Shown here one piece after another: positions 33,605-43,448 of a stretch of 64,000 nucleotides of DNA. The stretch's first letter is position 1. Each line of letters opens with the position of its first letter. Origin of the DNA: an uncultured delta proteobacterium. GTDB taxonomy: Bacteria; Myxococcota_A; UBA9160; UBA4427. The stretch is taken from positions 64,001 to 128,000 of the forward strand of contig CAWGJT010000014.1 in NCBI GenBank assembly GCA_963822965.1. Direction: 5' to 3'. Under the pieces are notes generated by a model. That model had not been told where the DNA came from, did no database searches, and was given only the letters and a program-made list of their open reading frames with translations. A program made the translations under genes and the position numbers.

Positions 33605-33649
33605 CACTGCGTCCACTGCGTCCACTGCGTCCACTGCGTCCACTGCGTC
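33605..33649. repeat. Tandem repeat (CACTGCGTC)x5
   Basis: Five perfect 9-bp units in a divergent intergenic region. Confidence 0.9.
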
Positions 33650-33735
33650 GTCGTCGGTCCATCGGCCGTCGGTCGGCCTTCTTCCCTAGGGTCGTCATTC
33701 TAGCGCCTCGACGTGCTGCTACATTGCGCGTCCCG

Positions 33736-34479
33736 ATGGAGCGTCTGATCGATCTCGAGGGCTGCCTGAACTTCCGCGATCTCGGCGGCTACCCGACCCG
33801 CGACGGCAGGCGGCTCGCCTGGCGTCGCATCTACCGCAGCGACGGCCTGCACCGCCTGACCGCGGCCGACGTGGTGCGGCTGCGGGACGAGCTGGCCCTC
33901 AGCGATCTGATCGACCTGCGCTCGAGCGCCGAGGTGGCGCTCGACGGCCGGGGCCCGCTCGAGCACGAGCCGATGGCCTTCCATCATGTCCCGCTCTTCG
34001 ACGGCGACCGTCCTTCGACGTTCACCGGCGAGGCGAAGCGGCAGATGGAGCAGATGAGCCTGGCCGACCGCTACTACGGCCTGGCGGAGATGGCGAAGGA
34101 GAAGATCGCGCGAGTGGTCACGATCGTGGCCGACGCGAAGGGCGGCGCGGTCTACCACTGCGCGGCCGGCAAGGATCGCACGGGGGTCATCTCGGCCCTG
34201 CTGCTGGCCGCGCTCGGCGTTCCCGACGAGCTGATCGTCGCCGACTACGCGCTCAGCCAGCAGAACCTCGACGCCATCATCGAGCGCCTGCAGGCGAGCG
34301 AGGGCTACAAGGAGATGTTCGAGGCGCTGCCGCCCGACACGCTCCACGCCGAGCCCGAAACCATGGTGTCGCTGCTCGCCAAGGTGGCCGACCGCTACGG
34401 GTCGGTGCCGGGCTACCTCGAGTCGGCGGGGGTCGGGTCCGCGGTGATCGAGCGCCTGCGCGCGAACGTGCTGGAGTAG
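33736..34479 (+). CDS. Tyrosine-protein phosphatase (PtpB/Y_phosphatase3-like)
   Basis: NFRDLGGY, IDLRS, HCAAGKDRTG and ADY motifs. Confidence 0.92.
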   Translation: MERLIDLEGCLNFRDLGGYPTRDGRRLAWRRIYRSDGLHRLTAADVVRLRDELALSDLIDLRSSAEVALDGRGPLEHEPMAFHHVPLFDGDRPSTFTGEAKRQMEQMSLADRYYGLAEMAKEKIARVVTIVADAKGGAVYHCAAGKDRTGVISALLLAALGVPDELIVADYALSQQNLDAIIERLQASEGYKEMFEALPPDTLHAEPETMVSLLAKVADRYGSVPGYLESAGVGSAVIERLRANVLE

Positions 34480-34488
34480 CGCTTCGCT

Positions 34489-35433
34489 TCACGCCGGCGG
34501 GCCGGACGGGGAGGTGTCCGCTTCGAGCAGCGGCTCGATCTCGTCCGGAGCGAGCTGGTAGCGGCGGCCACAGAACTCGCAGCACACCTCCTGGGGATCG
34601 CCCGCCTCCACGATCTCGCCGATCTCGTCGGGGCCCAGCAGCAGCAGGGTGCGCAGGGCGCGATCGCGGCTGCACGGGCAGTAGAAGACGGGCGTCGAAC
34701 GGTGGCGCTCGCTCGACCCGAGGCCGGCGAGCAGCAGGTCCGCCAGGCCGTCGGCGCCGACCCCGTCTTGCAGGAGCGCGGTGGTGCTCGGCAGGCCCAG
34801 CACGTTCTGCTCCATGCGGAGCACCGCGTCCTCGTCGGCGCCGGGCAGCCGCTGCACCAGGAAGCCGCCGGCGGCGGACACGCGCCCGTCGGCGCCCTGC
34901 GCCACGCCGATTCCCACCGCGGACGGGGTCTGCTCGCTCTCGGTGAGGTACAGGGTCAGGTCCTTGGCGACCTCGCCCGAGACGAGGGGGACCGTGCCCC
35001 GGTAGGGCTCGCGCCAGGAGGGCCGGTGGCGAACCACCGAGAGCACTCCGAGCCCGATGGCCCGGGCGACGTCCGGGTGGCCGTCCCGCAGGGGCAGGTC
35101 GACGGCGGGATTCGAGACGGTGCCCCGCACGCGACCGGTGCTGTCACAGATGGCCACCATCATGCCCAGGGGGCCGTCGCCCCGGAACTGCAGCTGAACC
35201 GTCTCGCCGTCCTTGTTCCCGCTGCCGAGAAGCACGGCTCCGACGAGCACCCGGCCGAGGGCGGACAGGGCGGTGGGAGCCAGGGGACGGCGTTCGGCGG
35301 CCTCCGCAACGACGTTGCGCGCCACCACGGCGCGCAGCGAGATGCTGCCGTCGGCGGAGATCGTCCGGACGAGCTCGTCGTCGCGGTACTCGCCGCCGGA
35401 GCCGGCGGGGGTACTGGAGAGAGTCGTGGTCAC
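34489..35433 (-). CDS. hslO: Hsp33 redox-regulated chaperone
   Basis: GDGPLG, YLTESEQTPS, AGGFLVQRLPGA, CPCS and CEFC zinc motifs. Confidence 0.95.
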   Translation of the reverse strand: MTTTLSSTPAGSGGEYRDDELVRTISADGSISLRAVVARNVVAEAAERRPLAPTALSALGRVLVGAVLLGSGNKDGETVQLQFRGDGPLGMMVAICDSTGRVRGTVSNPAVDLPLRDGHPDVARAIGLGVLSVVRHRPSWREPYRGTVPLVSGEVAKDLTLYLTESEQTPSAVGIGVAQGADGRVSAAGGFLVQRLPGADEDAVLRMEQNVLGLPSTTALLQDGVGADGLADLLLAGLGSSERHRSTPVFYCPCSRDRALRTLLLLGPDEIGEIVEAGDPQEVCCEFCGRRYQLAPDEIEPLLEADTSPSGPPA

Positions 35434-35732
35434 CGTGTCTCCGTCGGGCTCGTTGCGTGGGTCGAGATCCTGGGACAGTCTAACGTCGCTTCCCCAGGCA
35501 CAAGCAGGCTCCTCCGGCGCCCGCGGCTCCGCTCTCGCTCGAGCGGCGGCTGCGAAGGCGGCGTGTCGCGCGCGCCCTCGCCCGGCGCACCGCGAACGGC
35601 GCGCCGGCAGGCGCCGAAGAGAGCGGCAAGAGCGGCAAGAGCGGTAGGAACGGCTGAGAACGGCAGAGAGCGAAGAGAGCACAGCCAGAGCGGCGAGCGC
35701 CGCGCGAGCGCGGCAGGAGGTGGGGCAGGGCC

Positions 35733-37067
35733 ATGCAGCGATTCCGCTTCGTGCACGCCGCCGACCTCCATCTCGACACGCCCTTCGAGGGCATTCGCGG
35801 CGTGGCCCCCGAGGTGGGGCGCGCGCTGCGGGAGGCGTCTCTCGACGCCTTCGACGCCCTGGTGGAGCTGTGCCTCGAGCAGGAAGCGGCCTTCCTGCTG
35901 ATCGCCGGTGACGTCTACGACGGTGCCGAGCGGGGCCTGCGCGCCCAGCTGCGCTTCCGGGCGGGGCTCGAGCGGCTGGCCGCCGCGGGCGTCCGGGTGT
36001 TCGTCGTCCACGGCAACCACGATCCCAGCGAAGAGGGCTGGTCGGCGATCCGGGAGTGGCCCGAAGGCGTGACGGTCTTCGGGCCGGAGCGGGTGGCCGG
36101 CGTGCCGCTGGTGCGCGCAGGCGAGCGACTCGCCACGGTGTACGGCATCAGCTATGGCCGCCGCGACGTCCACGAGAACCTCTCCCTGGCGTTCCCCCGC
36201 GACGGGCGGGCCCGACAGGGCGAGGACGGCCTGCGCGTCGGGCTGCTGCACTGCAACGCCGGCGGCAACACCGACCACGCCCCCTACGCGGCCTGTAGCC
36301 TGTCCGACCTGGTGGCCGCCGACATCGACTACTGGGCGCTCGGCCACGTGCATGGCCGCAGGATCCTCGCGGGCGACGCGGGGGCCGACGCCGGCGGTCC
36401 CTGGGTGGTGTACCCCGGCAACCTCCAGGGACGCAGCCCGCACCCGGCCGAGCAGGGCGCCAAGGGCGCCTACGTGGTGGAGGCCGAGACGCGGGACGGC
36501 GCGGCCCGGGTCCGCGAGGTGCGCTTCCACGCCGTGGACCGGGTGCGCTTCCTCTCCGTGGCGCTCGACGTGTCGAGCCACGTGGATCTCGGCCAGGTCG
36601 AGCGCGAGCTGCAGCAGCGGGCGGACGCGCTGCGGGCCGAGCACCCGGACCGCGGGCTCGTGCTGTGCGCGAGTCTCAGCGGGCGCAGCGCCGTCGCCGG
36701 CGACCTGGCGCGGCTCGGCGCGGGCGACCTGCTCGACTCCCTGCGCGACGGCCGCCGCGGCGAGCAGCCCTTCACCTGGTGGGGCTCGCTGACGAGCCAG
36801 GTGGGACGCCCCATCGATCGCGACGCGCTGCGAGAGCGGGACGACTTCGGCGCCCAGCTGCTGGCGCTGGCCGACGAGCTGGCGGAGGCACCCGACGCGC
36901 TACAGCGCTTCGCCCGGGAGGCGTTCGCCGAGCTGCCGGACGAGCTGAAGGGGGTGGAGCTGCCCGCCCTCCAGCCGGACGAGCTGCTGCCGCTCCTGCG
37001 CCGCGCCGAGGAGAGCGCCCTCGAGCGCGTCGCCGACGACGAGCCGCCGGGGGGCGCACGCCGATGA
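35733..37067 (+). CDS. Mre11/SbcD-like DNA repair exonuclease (YhaO-like)
   Basis: HAADLHLD, AGDVYD, GNHD, YWALGHVH and YPGNLQGR motifs. Confidence 0.92.
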   Translation: MQRFRFVHAADLHLDTPFEGIRGVAPEVGRALREASLDAFDALVELCLEQEAAFLLIAGDVYDGAERGLRAQLRFRAGLERLAAAGVRVFVVHGNHDPSEEGWSAIREWPEGVTVFGPERVAGVPLVRAGERLATVYGISYGRRDVHENLSLAFPRDGRARQGEDGLRVGLLHCNAGGNTDHAPYAACSLSDLVAADIDYWALGHVHGRRILAGDAGADAGGPWVVYPGNLQGRSPHPAEQGAKGAYVVEAETRDGAARVREVRFHAVDRVRFLSVALDVSSHVDLGQVERELQQRADALRAEHPDRGLVLCASLSGRSAVAGDLARLGAGDLLDSLRDGRRGEQPFTWWGSLTSQVGRPIDRDALRERDDFGAQLLALADELAEAPDALQRFAREAFAELPDELKGVELPALQPDELLPLLRRAEESALERVADDEPPGGARR

Positions 37068-40000
37068 GGATCCGCGGCTGGCACGTGGAGGGATTCGGGA
37101 TCCACCGCGACTGGCGGGTCGACGATCTGCGCGACGGGCTCACGGTCTTCTACGGCCCGAACGAGGCGGGCAAGTCCACCCTGCTGGCCTTCCTGCGCGG
37201 GGTGCTCTTCGGCTTTCCCGACGGTCGCTCGAACGATCCGAAGTATCCGCCGGTCGGCGGCGGCGCCCACGGCGGTCGCGTGATGCTGGCCGCGCCCAGC
37301 GATGCCGGCGATCCGGGTGAGCCTGGGAAGAGCGGCCCCGTCGTGGTGGAGCGCTTCGTGGGTCGCGGCCAGAAGGTGGCGGTCGCGCTGGCGGATGGCC
37401 GCGCGGGCAGCGAGGCCGATCTCGCCGAGCTGCTCGGCCACGCCGACGCGCGCCTGTTCCGGAGCGTCTTCGCCTTCGGGCTCGGCGAGCTGCAGGAGCT
37501 GGGCTCGCTCGGCGACGCCGGCATCCAGGACCAGCTCTTCGCGGCCGGCGTGACGGGCGGCGGCACCTCGGCCCGCCGGGCGCTGCGCGATCTCCACGAG
37601 GCCGCGCGCGAGCGCTTCGCGGGGGTGCGGGCCCGCAAGCAGGACCGGGCCCGCAGCCTCATCGACGAGATCACGGCGGTGAACTCCGATCTGTATCTCC
37701 GCCAGGAGGCCGCCGAGCGCTATCCCGGGCTGCGGGAGCGCGAGCAGGCCCTCGCCGCCGAGCTGACCGACCTCGAGCGCGACCGCGATCGGCAGCGCCT
37801 CGAGGAGCAACGCGCCAGGCGGCTCGTCGAGCTGTGGACGGAGACGTGGAGCCCGCTGGCGGAGCTGCGCGAGCAGGCCGCGAAGCTCGCGCCGTCGGTT
37901 GCGGCGCGGCTCCCCGCGGACGCGTCGGTTCGGCTGGAGCAGGGTCTACAGCAGGTGGAGAGCGACGGGTCTCGGCTCGCGGCGCTGCGGGAAGAGCAGG
38001 GCGAGGTGGCCGCCCAGCAGGGCGAGCTGTGCCTGGACGAGTCGGCCCGGGCCGTGCGGCCCCGGGTGGCGGCCCTGCACGAGCGGCTCGCGCTGCATCG
38101 GAGCCAGGCCGCGCGCATGGACGAGATCGACCGCCTGCAGCGGGAGTGCGATGCACGCATCGGTGCCGTGCTCGCGCGCCTGGGGCCGGATTTCGACGAG
38201 CCGCAGCTCGCGTTGCTGCGGCCCGTCGCGGCGCGCTGCGAGGTGCTTCGCGACGAGCTGCGCGGCTTCCAGGCGCGGCTCGACGGCAGCCGCCAGGCTC
38301 TGGGCCAGGAGACCGCCGCCGTCCGCCTGGCGGCCGCCCCGCAGGAGCGCGGTCGCGAGCAGGTGACGGAGCTGTCGCGGCAGGCGGCCCAGCAGACGGG
38401 GCCCGACCCCGCGGTCCTGGGCGCCCGCGCCGAGGCCCTGCGCGGCCTGCGTGCGCTGCTGCCCCGGCTGCGCGAAGCCGAGCTGGATCTCGAGCGCAGG
38501 ACGACGCTGCTCGCCCGGCACGAGTCCGGCAGCGGGTCGCTCGCCGGTGTGGTGCCGGTGGTGTTGCTGCTGCTCGGAATCGCGGGCCTGGGCGCGGTGC
38601 TCGTCCGCGCCGGTCGATGGGAGTGGTCCCTGGTGCTGGGCGGGGTGACGGCGGCGGTGGCCGTATCGTGCGGGGTGGTGCTCCAGCGGCGCCGTCGCGC
38701 GCAGGCCCGCGCGCGCAGCCTGGAGGAAGAGGCGGTCCTCGAATGCGGCGAGCAGCTGGCCGGCCTGCGGGACGAGGCGCGGCGGCTTCTCGAGAAGCTC
38801 GGTCCCGGTGCGGGCGAGCCGGCCGCTGCCAGGGAGATCGAGCAGCGCCTCGTCGCCTGCGAGGACGCTCTCGACCAGGACCGCGAACGCGCGGCCGGCG
38901 CGGCGCGCCTGATCGACGAGCTGCGCGGCGCCCGAACGAGGCAGGCCGCGCTCGACGCGGAGCACGAAGCGGCCGTCGAGCGCCGGCGCGCCGCGGAGGC
39001 CCGGCTCGAGGAGGAGGCATCGGCGTTCGCCGGCTGGAAGGCGGAGGTGGGCATTCCGGGAGGCTGCGCGCCCGACGAGGCGATGGCGTTCCTGGACGAC
39101 GTGCGCCAGGGCGCGGACGCCCTGGGCGATCGCGATCGACTGGACGCCGAGCGCCTGCGGCTCGATCGCGAGGTGTCGGGCTGGCGTGCGGAGGTCGACG
39201 CCGTGCTGGCCGCCACGGACCCCGACGCTTTCGGAGAGCCTGCCGCGCCGGTGGGCGACGAAGAGCGCATCGCCGCGCTGTCGCGGCTGCGCGAGCGCTG
39301 CGAGGCCGACCGCGCCGCGCGCGAGCGGCGCGAGCCCCTGGAGCGCCGGGCCCGCGAGCTGCGCGATCGCATCGTCGCCTGCGAGGCGTCGCTCGCGACG
39401 GCGCGCGCCGCCCTCGCCCGGCTTCTCGACGAGGCCGGCACCGACGACGCCGAGCAGCTGCAGCGGCGCATCGCCGCGCAGCAGGCGGCCGGCGAGCTCG
39501 CGGAGCGCATCCAGCAGGCCGAGGCCGAGCTCGAGCGCCGCCTGCAGGCCGCCGGTCCCCGGGAAGGCGCGGTCCTCCGGGAAGAGCTGCCCCACGGCCG
39601 GGTGACCGCATGGGAGGAGCGCGCGCGCGGAGGCCCGCCGGCACGTGGCCGAGCTCGAGGCGCGGCGGGACGCCGTCCTGCGCGAGCACCAGGACCGCGC
39701 CCGGGAGTGCGAGCGGCTCGAGCAGGAGACCGGCGTGATGGATCTCGAGCTGCAGAAGAGCGCCCTCGAGCAGGAGCTGCGCGAGGTGATCGACGACTGG
39801 CGCCAGCTGCGCCTGGCCGCACGACTCGTCGAGAGCGCCCTCGACCGCTTCGAGGGCCAGCACCAGCCGGGGGTGCTGCGCGAGGCGTCGCGCCTGTTCG
39901 ACCGCGTCACCGCGGGCCGCTACCCGCGCATCGTGCAGAGCGACGGCCGCGCGGGCTTCTCGGTGCTGACGGCGTCCGGCACCCATCGGGAGACGAGCGA

Positions 40001-40274
40001 GCTGTCCCGCGGAACCACCGAGCAGCTCTACCTCTGCATCCGTCTCGGCCTCGTCGCCGAGCTGGCCCGGGGAGGCCGCGCGCTGCCGGTCGTGATGGAC
40101 GACGTGCTCGTGAACTTCGACGACGAGCGAGCCGCCGCCATGGCCGCCGTGCTGGCGGACTTCGCAAGCGAGCACCAGCTCTTCTTCTTCACCTGCAGCT
40201 CCCGAACCCGAGATCTGCTGGCCGCCCTGGGCCCGAGCGTCGAGGTCCGCAACCTGGGCGCCGAGGCTGCCTAG
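37064..40274 (+). CDS. YhaN/SbcC-like SMC ATPase with central TMs (frameshift near 39630)
   Basis: GPNEAGKST Walker A; long coiled coil with two TMs; LSRGT signature and MDDVLVNFD Walker B in the next frame. Confidence 0.88.
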
Positions 40275-40658
40275 GGCAGCGCAGGCGGGCGCACGCCGAA
40301 CGGCCGCGCAGCCGCCGCGCGAGCATGGCACAAGCCGCGCCATCGCCGAGACCGGCACACCGCTCCCGCGCGGGAAGCCCCAGGCCGCCACCCCGCACGC
40401 GAAATCCCCGGGATCCGCACCCCCGAAGGCCTACCGCCCGCCCGAAAGCCTGTGAAGATCGCACCCCGATGCCCCACCCGGCGCACCCGGTTTATCGAGC
40501 AAGAACCGGCCACAATGAAAACCACGCGCCGAACTCAAGAGATCGTCCATTTCACGAGAGATTCCAAAGCCGAACCCCCAATCCGCCACCACCCCCGCCC
40601 CCGGGTTATGCAGCCAACACAAGCTCGTTTCGCCAGAATCCGGGGTAGACTGGCTGCA

Positions 40659-40677
40659 GGTCAATAAGTAGTTAGAC
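40659..40677 (+). other. Candidate integron attI site
   Basis: GGTCAAT-AAGTA-GTTAGAC: core site at 40671-40677 with a degenerate L box and no attC stem upstream; cassette 1 starts here. Confidence 0.65.
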
Positions 40678-40693
40678 AGCACTCGGGACTCCG

Positions 40694-41092
40694 ATGCGAA
40701 CCGTTTGGCTGCACTTCGCAGAATCGGACCAACAGAAGCTCGCGCGATCCCTCGGCGAGATCGCGGCGGCGCAAGAAGATGCTCCGTGGATCTATCCGAG
40801 CCTCGACAACCCGATCATCTACATCGGCTTGTCCTCCGGTCACCTCGAGCTCAGTCCTGAAGCGCGCGCCGAATTCAATGCACGCATCGGACGACTTCCA
40901 TCAGCAAGTGTCTACCTCGATGTTTCTGGTCGGGTCTCCGGCCGCGAGGAGGTGCGCGCCCTTACCCAGCAGCTTCTGTCGAGGCATCTGGGCCTGGCAC
41001 ACGACGAGCACTCCACGCACCTGTGGTCGCTCGACGAAATCCGAGGCGACGCTGAGGTTGCCGACACGCGGTTCTTCAGCACATGGTTCTAG
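40694..41092 (+). CDS. Cassette 1: hypothetical protein (132 aa)
   Basis: ORF fills the space between the core site and attC1. Confidence 0.7.
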   Translation: MRTVWLHFAESDQQKLARSLGEIAAAQEDAPWIYPSLDNPIIYIGLSSGHLELSPEARAEFNARIGRLPSASVYLDVSGRVSGREEVRALTQQLLSRHLGLAHDEHSTHLWSLDEIRGDAEVADTRFFSTWF

Positions 41093-41101
41093 CCATGTGC
41101 T

Positions 41102-41236
41102 GTCTAACAAGGCGTTGCAGCGGACCAGCAACAGCTCGGTTCAATTGACCTTGGTTGCCGTCTGGCGGCATACTTCTGGGGCAGGGTCGGGTCCGGTCAG
41201 CGCTGTTGCTGGCCGCTGAACGCCGATCCGTTAGAC
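41102..41236 (+). repeat. attC1 (135 bp, intact)
   Basis: R'' GTCTAAC; GGCGTTGCAGCGG / CCGCTGAACGCC arms with an extrahelical base; R' GTTAGAC. Confidence 0.93.
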
Positions 41237-41248
41237 GGCGAGGCGCGG

Positions 41249-42067
41249 TTGGTCGTCCTTGATCATGTAGCGTTTGGCGCTCGCGGGCGGTCTGAAGTCC
41301 GCGACGCGATGCATGAGCTCGGGTTTTCCATGAGCCCGCCATGTACATGCGAGTGGGCGGCCCGCGGTGATCTTTACTCCGCCGAGGCGGTGTGCTGCGT
41401 GTTTGTTCACCAATACCTGGATTTCATCAGCATCCGTAATCCTGAGTGGCGGACGCATCTCGACAGCTCAAGCGTTTACAAGCGAGGGTTCGCGCCAACC
41501 GGGATTGTTCTGTCGGGAATGAGTCCCAAAGCGGCCTCACGGTACGTACGTGCAGAGCCTTACTCGATCGTGCGTTGCGTTGATGTCGATCCTGCGACGA
41601 GAATCACGTACGAGTTTCTCCCCCTCGGACACCTTGGCCTTCCGCTGGGGCTCGTATTCGACTCAGCGCCGGACTTCCTGCGACGAGAATCCCCTCTCTC
41701 GCATCCCAACACCGTACTCGGAATCGCGCGAGTGCACCTTCGCGTGCCCTCGGTCGACGCGGCGCTCCAGCAGATCGCCAAAGCCCCGTTGAATCTGCCG
41801 TCCTCGAATGAAATCCCAATCGGGACATCTCGACTCCATCTCTACGAAGCGAGAGTCGACGGCTACCTCGGGAGTGTCTCAGATCTCCTCCCAAACACTG
41901 CGCGGCCGACGCTGCTCGCGTTGGAGTACTCCATCTCATCTATTGAGACGACGTCCGATGTCCTTCGCGCGCAAGGGGTCGCATTTCGTTCCGACGGCAG
42001 GTCCCTATCAGTCGATCCAGAACAGGGCTTCGGCACAGGCGTCATCTTTAGCCAGTCCGCCGTCTAA
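41249..42067 (+). CDS. Cassette 2: VOC/glyoxalase-like protein
   Basis: LDHVAF..LGF..YLDFI and HPN..GI patterns; stop codon lies inside R''. Confidence 0.7.
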   Translation: MVVLDHVAFGARGRSEVRDAMHELGFSMSPPCTCEWAARGDLYSAEAVCCVFVHQYLDFISIRNPEWRTHLDSSSVYKRGFAPTGIVLSGMSPKAASRYVRAEPYSIVRCVDVDPATRITYEFLPLGHLGLPLGLVFDSAPDFLRRESPLSHPNTVLGIARVHLRVPSVDAALQQIAKAPLNLPSSNEIPIGTSRLHLYEARVDGYLGSVSDLLPNTARPTLLALEYSISSIETTSDVLRAQGVAFRSDGRSLSVDPEQGFGTGVIFSQSAV

Positions 42068-42192
42068 CATGCCGTTGCAGCGGACTTGCTCGCGCTTCTA
42101 TCTATAGGAATCGTGATAGGATCGCGTGAACCCAGGCGTCTCGGATCGGTGCGGCACATCGCCGCAAGCCGCTGAACGCCGATCCGTTAGAT
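42062..42192 (+). repeat. attC2 (R' interrupted by IS110 but still GTTAGAT)
   Basis: R'' GTCTAAC; CGTTGCAGCGG / CCGCTGAACG arms; GATCCGTTAG|AT end. Confidence 0.9.
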
Positions 42193-42205
42193 ACTCCCTT
42201 CGACG

Positions 42206-43201
42206 TCAAGCCTTCATCGCAAAGAACTTCGTTCCGTCGAAGTCTGCGTCGCTTCGGAACATGCCGTAGATGGCGTGTAGGAGCTTGCGCATGACGGCGA
42301 CGAGCGCCTGCATGGGCTTCTTTCCTCTGGCGACGAGCTTCTGATAGAAGGCTCGGATCTGCGGCTCGTGCTGGCTCGCGACCATGGCCGGGAGGAAGAG
42401 CGCACGTCGCAGGTGTCGATTGCCGACCTTGCTGATGCGCACCTGGCCGCGGACCGAGCTGCCCGAGTCGGCATAGCGTGGATCGATGCCGGCGTGTGCG
42501 ACCCACTGGCGAGCCGACATGTCCTCGGGCAGGACCGCGAGTTCGGCAAGGATCGTGATCGCGCTGGCCTCTGCGATTCCCTTCACCGATGTGAGGTGCT
42601 GGAACTTCCGCTGCAGAGACGAGTCGGCAGCGATTCGGTCCTTTGCCGCGTTTGCCAGCAGCTCGATCTCGGTATTGATTCCAGCGATGTGCCGCTCGAG
42701 GCTTTCTCGGATCACGGGGCTGGTCTTCGTAACCGCGCAGTCGGCATGGAGTCTGTTCTTCTCTTGGGCGCGGTTCACGAGAAGTGCCTGGATCCGGCGC
42801 GAGAGGCCTCGTAGCGCCAGGATCGAGGGTGCCGGAGGCAGCCAGGCCGCGAAGTCCATCCGGCGAACGAACTCGAGCAGTGACTTCGCATCGACGCGAT
42901 CCGTCTTGGACCGCTTCAGCTGAGCCCGCGCAAAGTCCTTGGCGGCTCTGGGGTTGACCACCATGACCTCGAGTCGAGGTGCTTCATGAAGCGCGAGGCA
43001 CAGATCGAGGTGGTAGACACCGGTGGCCTCGACACACACGCGCGCCTGCGCACCGCGACGGGTCAGGTACCGGATCAGCTTCCGATGCCCCACCGGATCG
43101 TTGGCGAAGACGGCTTCCTGGAGCGCGCCTCCGGCCCGCTCCAGAGCCAGGACGAGCTCCGTGGCACCCACGTCGATCCCCACGAGTCCTCGCGACTTCA
43201 T
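42206..43201 (-). CDS. IS110 family DEDD recombinase/transposase (331 aa)
   Basis: GIDV, VEATG, VVNP, KTDRVDA (DEDD tetrad); DSGSS serine motif; SKVGN..LR..L; A.MRKL. Confidence 0.96.
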   Translation of the reverse strand: MKSRGLVGIDVGATELVLALERAGGALQEAVFANDPVGHRKLIRYLTRRGAQARVCVEATGVYHLDLCLALHEAPRLEVMVVNPRAAKDFARAQLKRSKTDRVDAKSLLEFVRRMDFAAWLPPAPSILALRGLSRRIQALLVNRAQEKNRLHADCAVTKTSPVIRESLERHIAGINTEIELLANAAKDRIAADSSLQRKFQHLTSVKGIAEASAITILAELAVLPEDMSARQWVAHAGIDPRYADSGSSVRGQVRISKVGNRHLRRALFLPAMVASQHEPQIRAFYQKLVARGKKPMQALVAVMRKLLHAIYGMFRSDADFDGTKFFAMKA

Positions 43202-43253
43202 CTTCTTCCTCCCTCGTAGTACGATGGGACCCGGGTCCCCCGACCCTGAACCG

Positions 43254-43412
43254 TTGCCTACCGGCCTTGTAGATGCAGGCTCACTGGGCCTCAGATACTC
43301 CGCGGCATGGGCAAAGAGGGCGGGGGATCCATCTAACGGACAGGCTCGGTGGCCTCAGACAGCGGCGATCTCCCCGGGTCAGACATCAACAGCGCACCGC
43401 AGAAGCGTGCGG
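43254..43412 (-). ncRNA. Predicted IS110 bridge RNA (5' hairpin, target-binding loop, donor-binding loop)
   Basis: Two stem-internal-loop units sharing CAGGCTC..GGCCTCAGA; guide segments match the attC end and the IS circle junction. Ends are approximate. Confidence 0.85.
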
Positions 43413-43448
43413 GCGATATACAAGACGGCCTACGAATTGCGATTCTCG

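Larger units (their letters stand above)
42191..43424 (-). mobile_element. IS110 family element (IS621-like) inserted in an attC core site
   Basis: Flanked by AG (CT on the element strand) at 42189-42190 and 43423-43424; removing it restores GTTAGACGGCC; 15-bp right end and about 220-bp left non-coding end; no terminal IRs. Confidence 0.92.

Noticed and set aside
33605..33649. CRISPR array
   Set aside because: The 9-bp units are contiguous with no spacers, and there are no cas genes. The attC repeats are also not CRISPR because they are separated by whole genes.
35616..35680. Short AAGAGCGGC-type repeats between hslO and the nuclease gene
   Set aside because: Only 2-3 imperfect purine-rich units; low-complexity sequence without evident function.
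40326..40342. Sigma54 promoter (GG-N10-GC) as a relic intI promoter
   Set aside because: The spacing fits on both strands and the TTGC element is imperfect; not distinguishable from chance in such GC-rich DNA.
40623..40651. Pc promoter with -10 TAGACT upstream of attI
   Set aside because: The -10 is plausible but there is no credible -35 at 16-18 bp, so it was not called.
40275..40670. Integron integrase gene or remnant upstream of attI
   Set aside because: The short ORFs on both strands show no tyrosine-recombinase motifs (no R..H..R/H..Y pattern, no IntI patch).
43023..43448. N-terminal extension of the pentapeptide ORF (287-aa call in the track)
   Set aside because: It runs antisense through the IS110 gene and bridge RNA; the cassette begins after 43424, so ATG 43449 is the sensible start.
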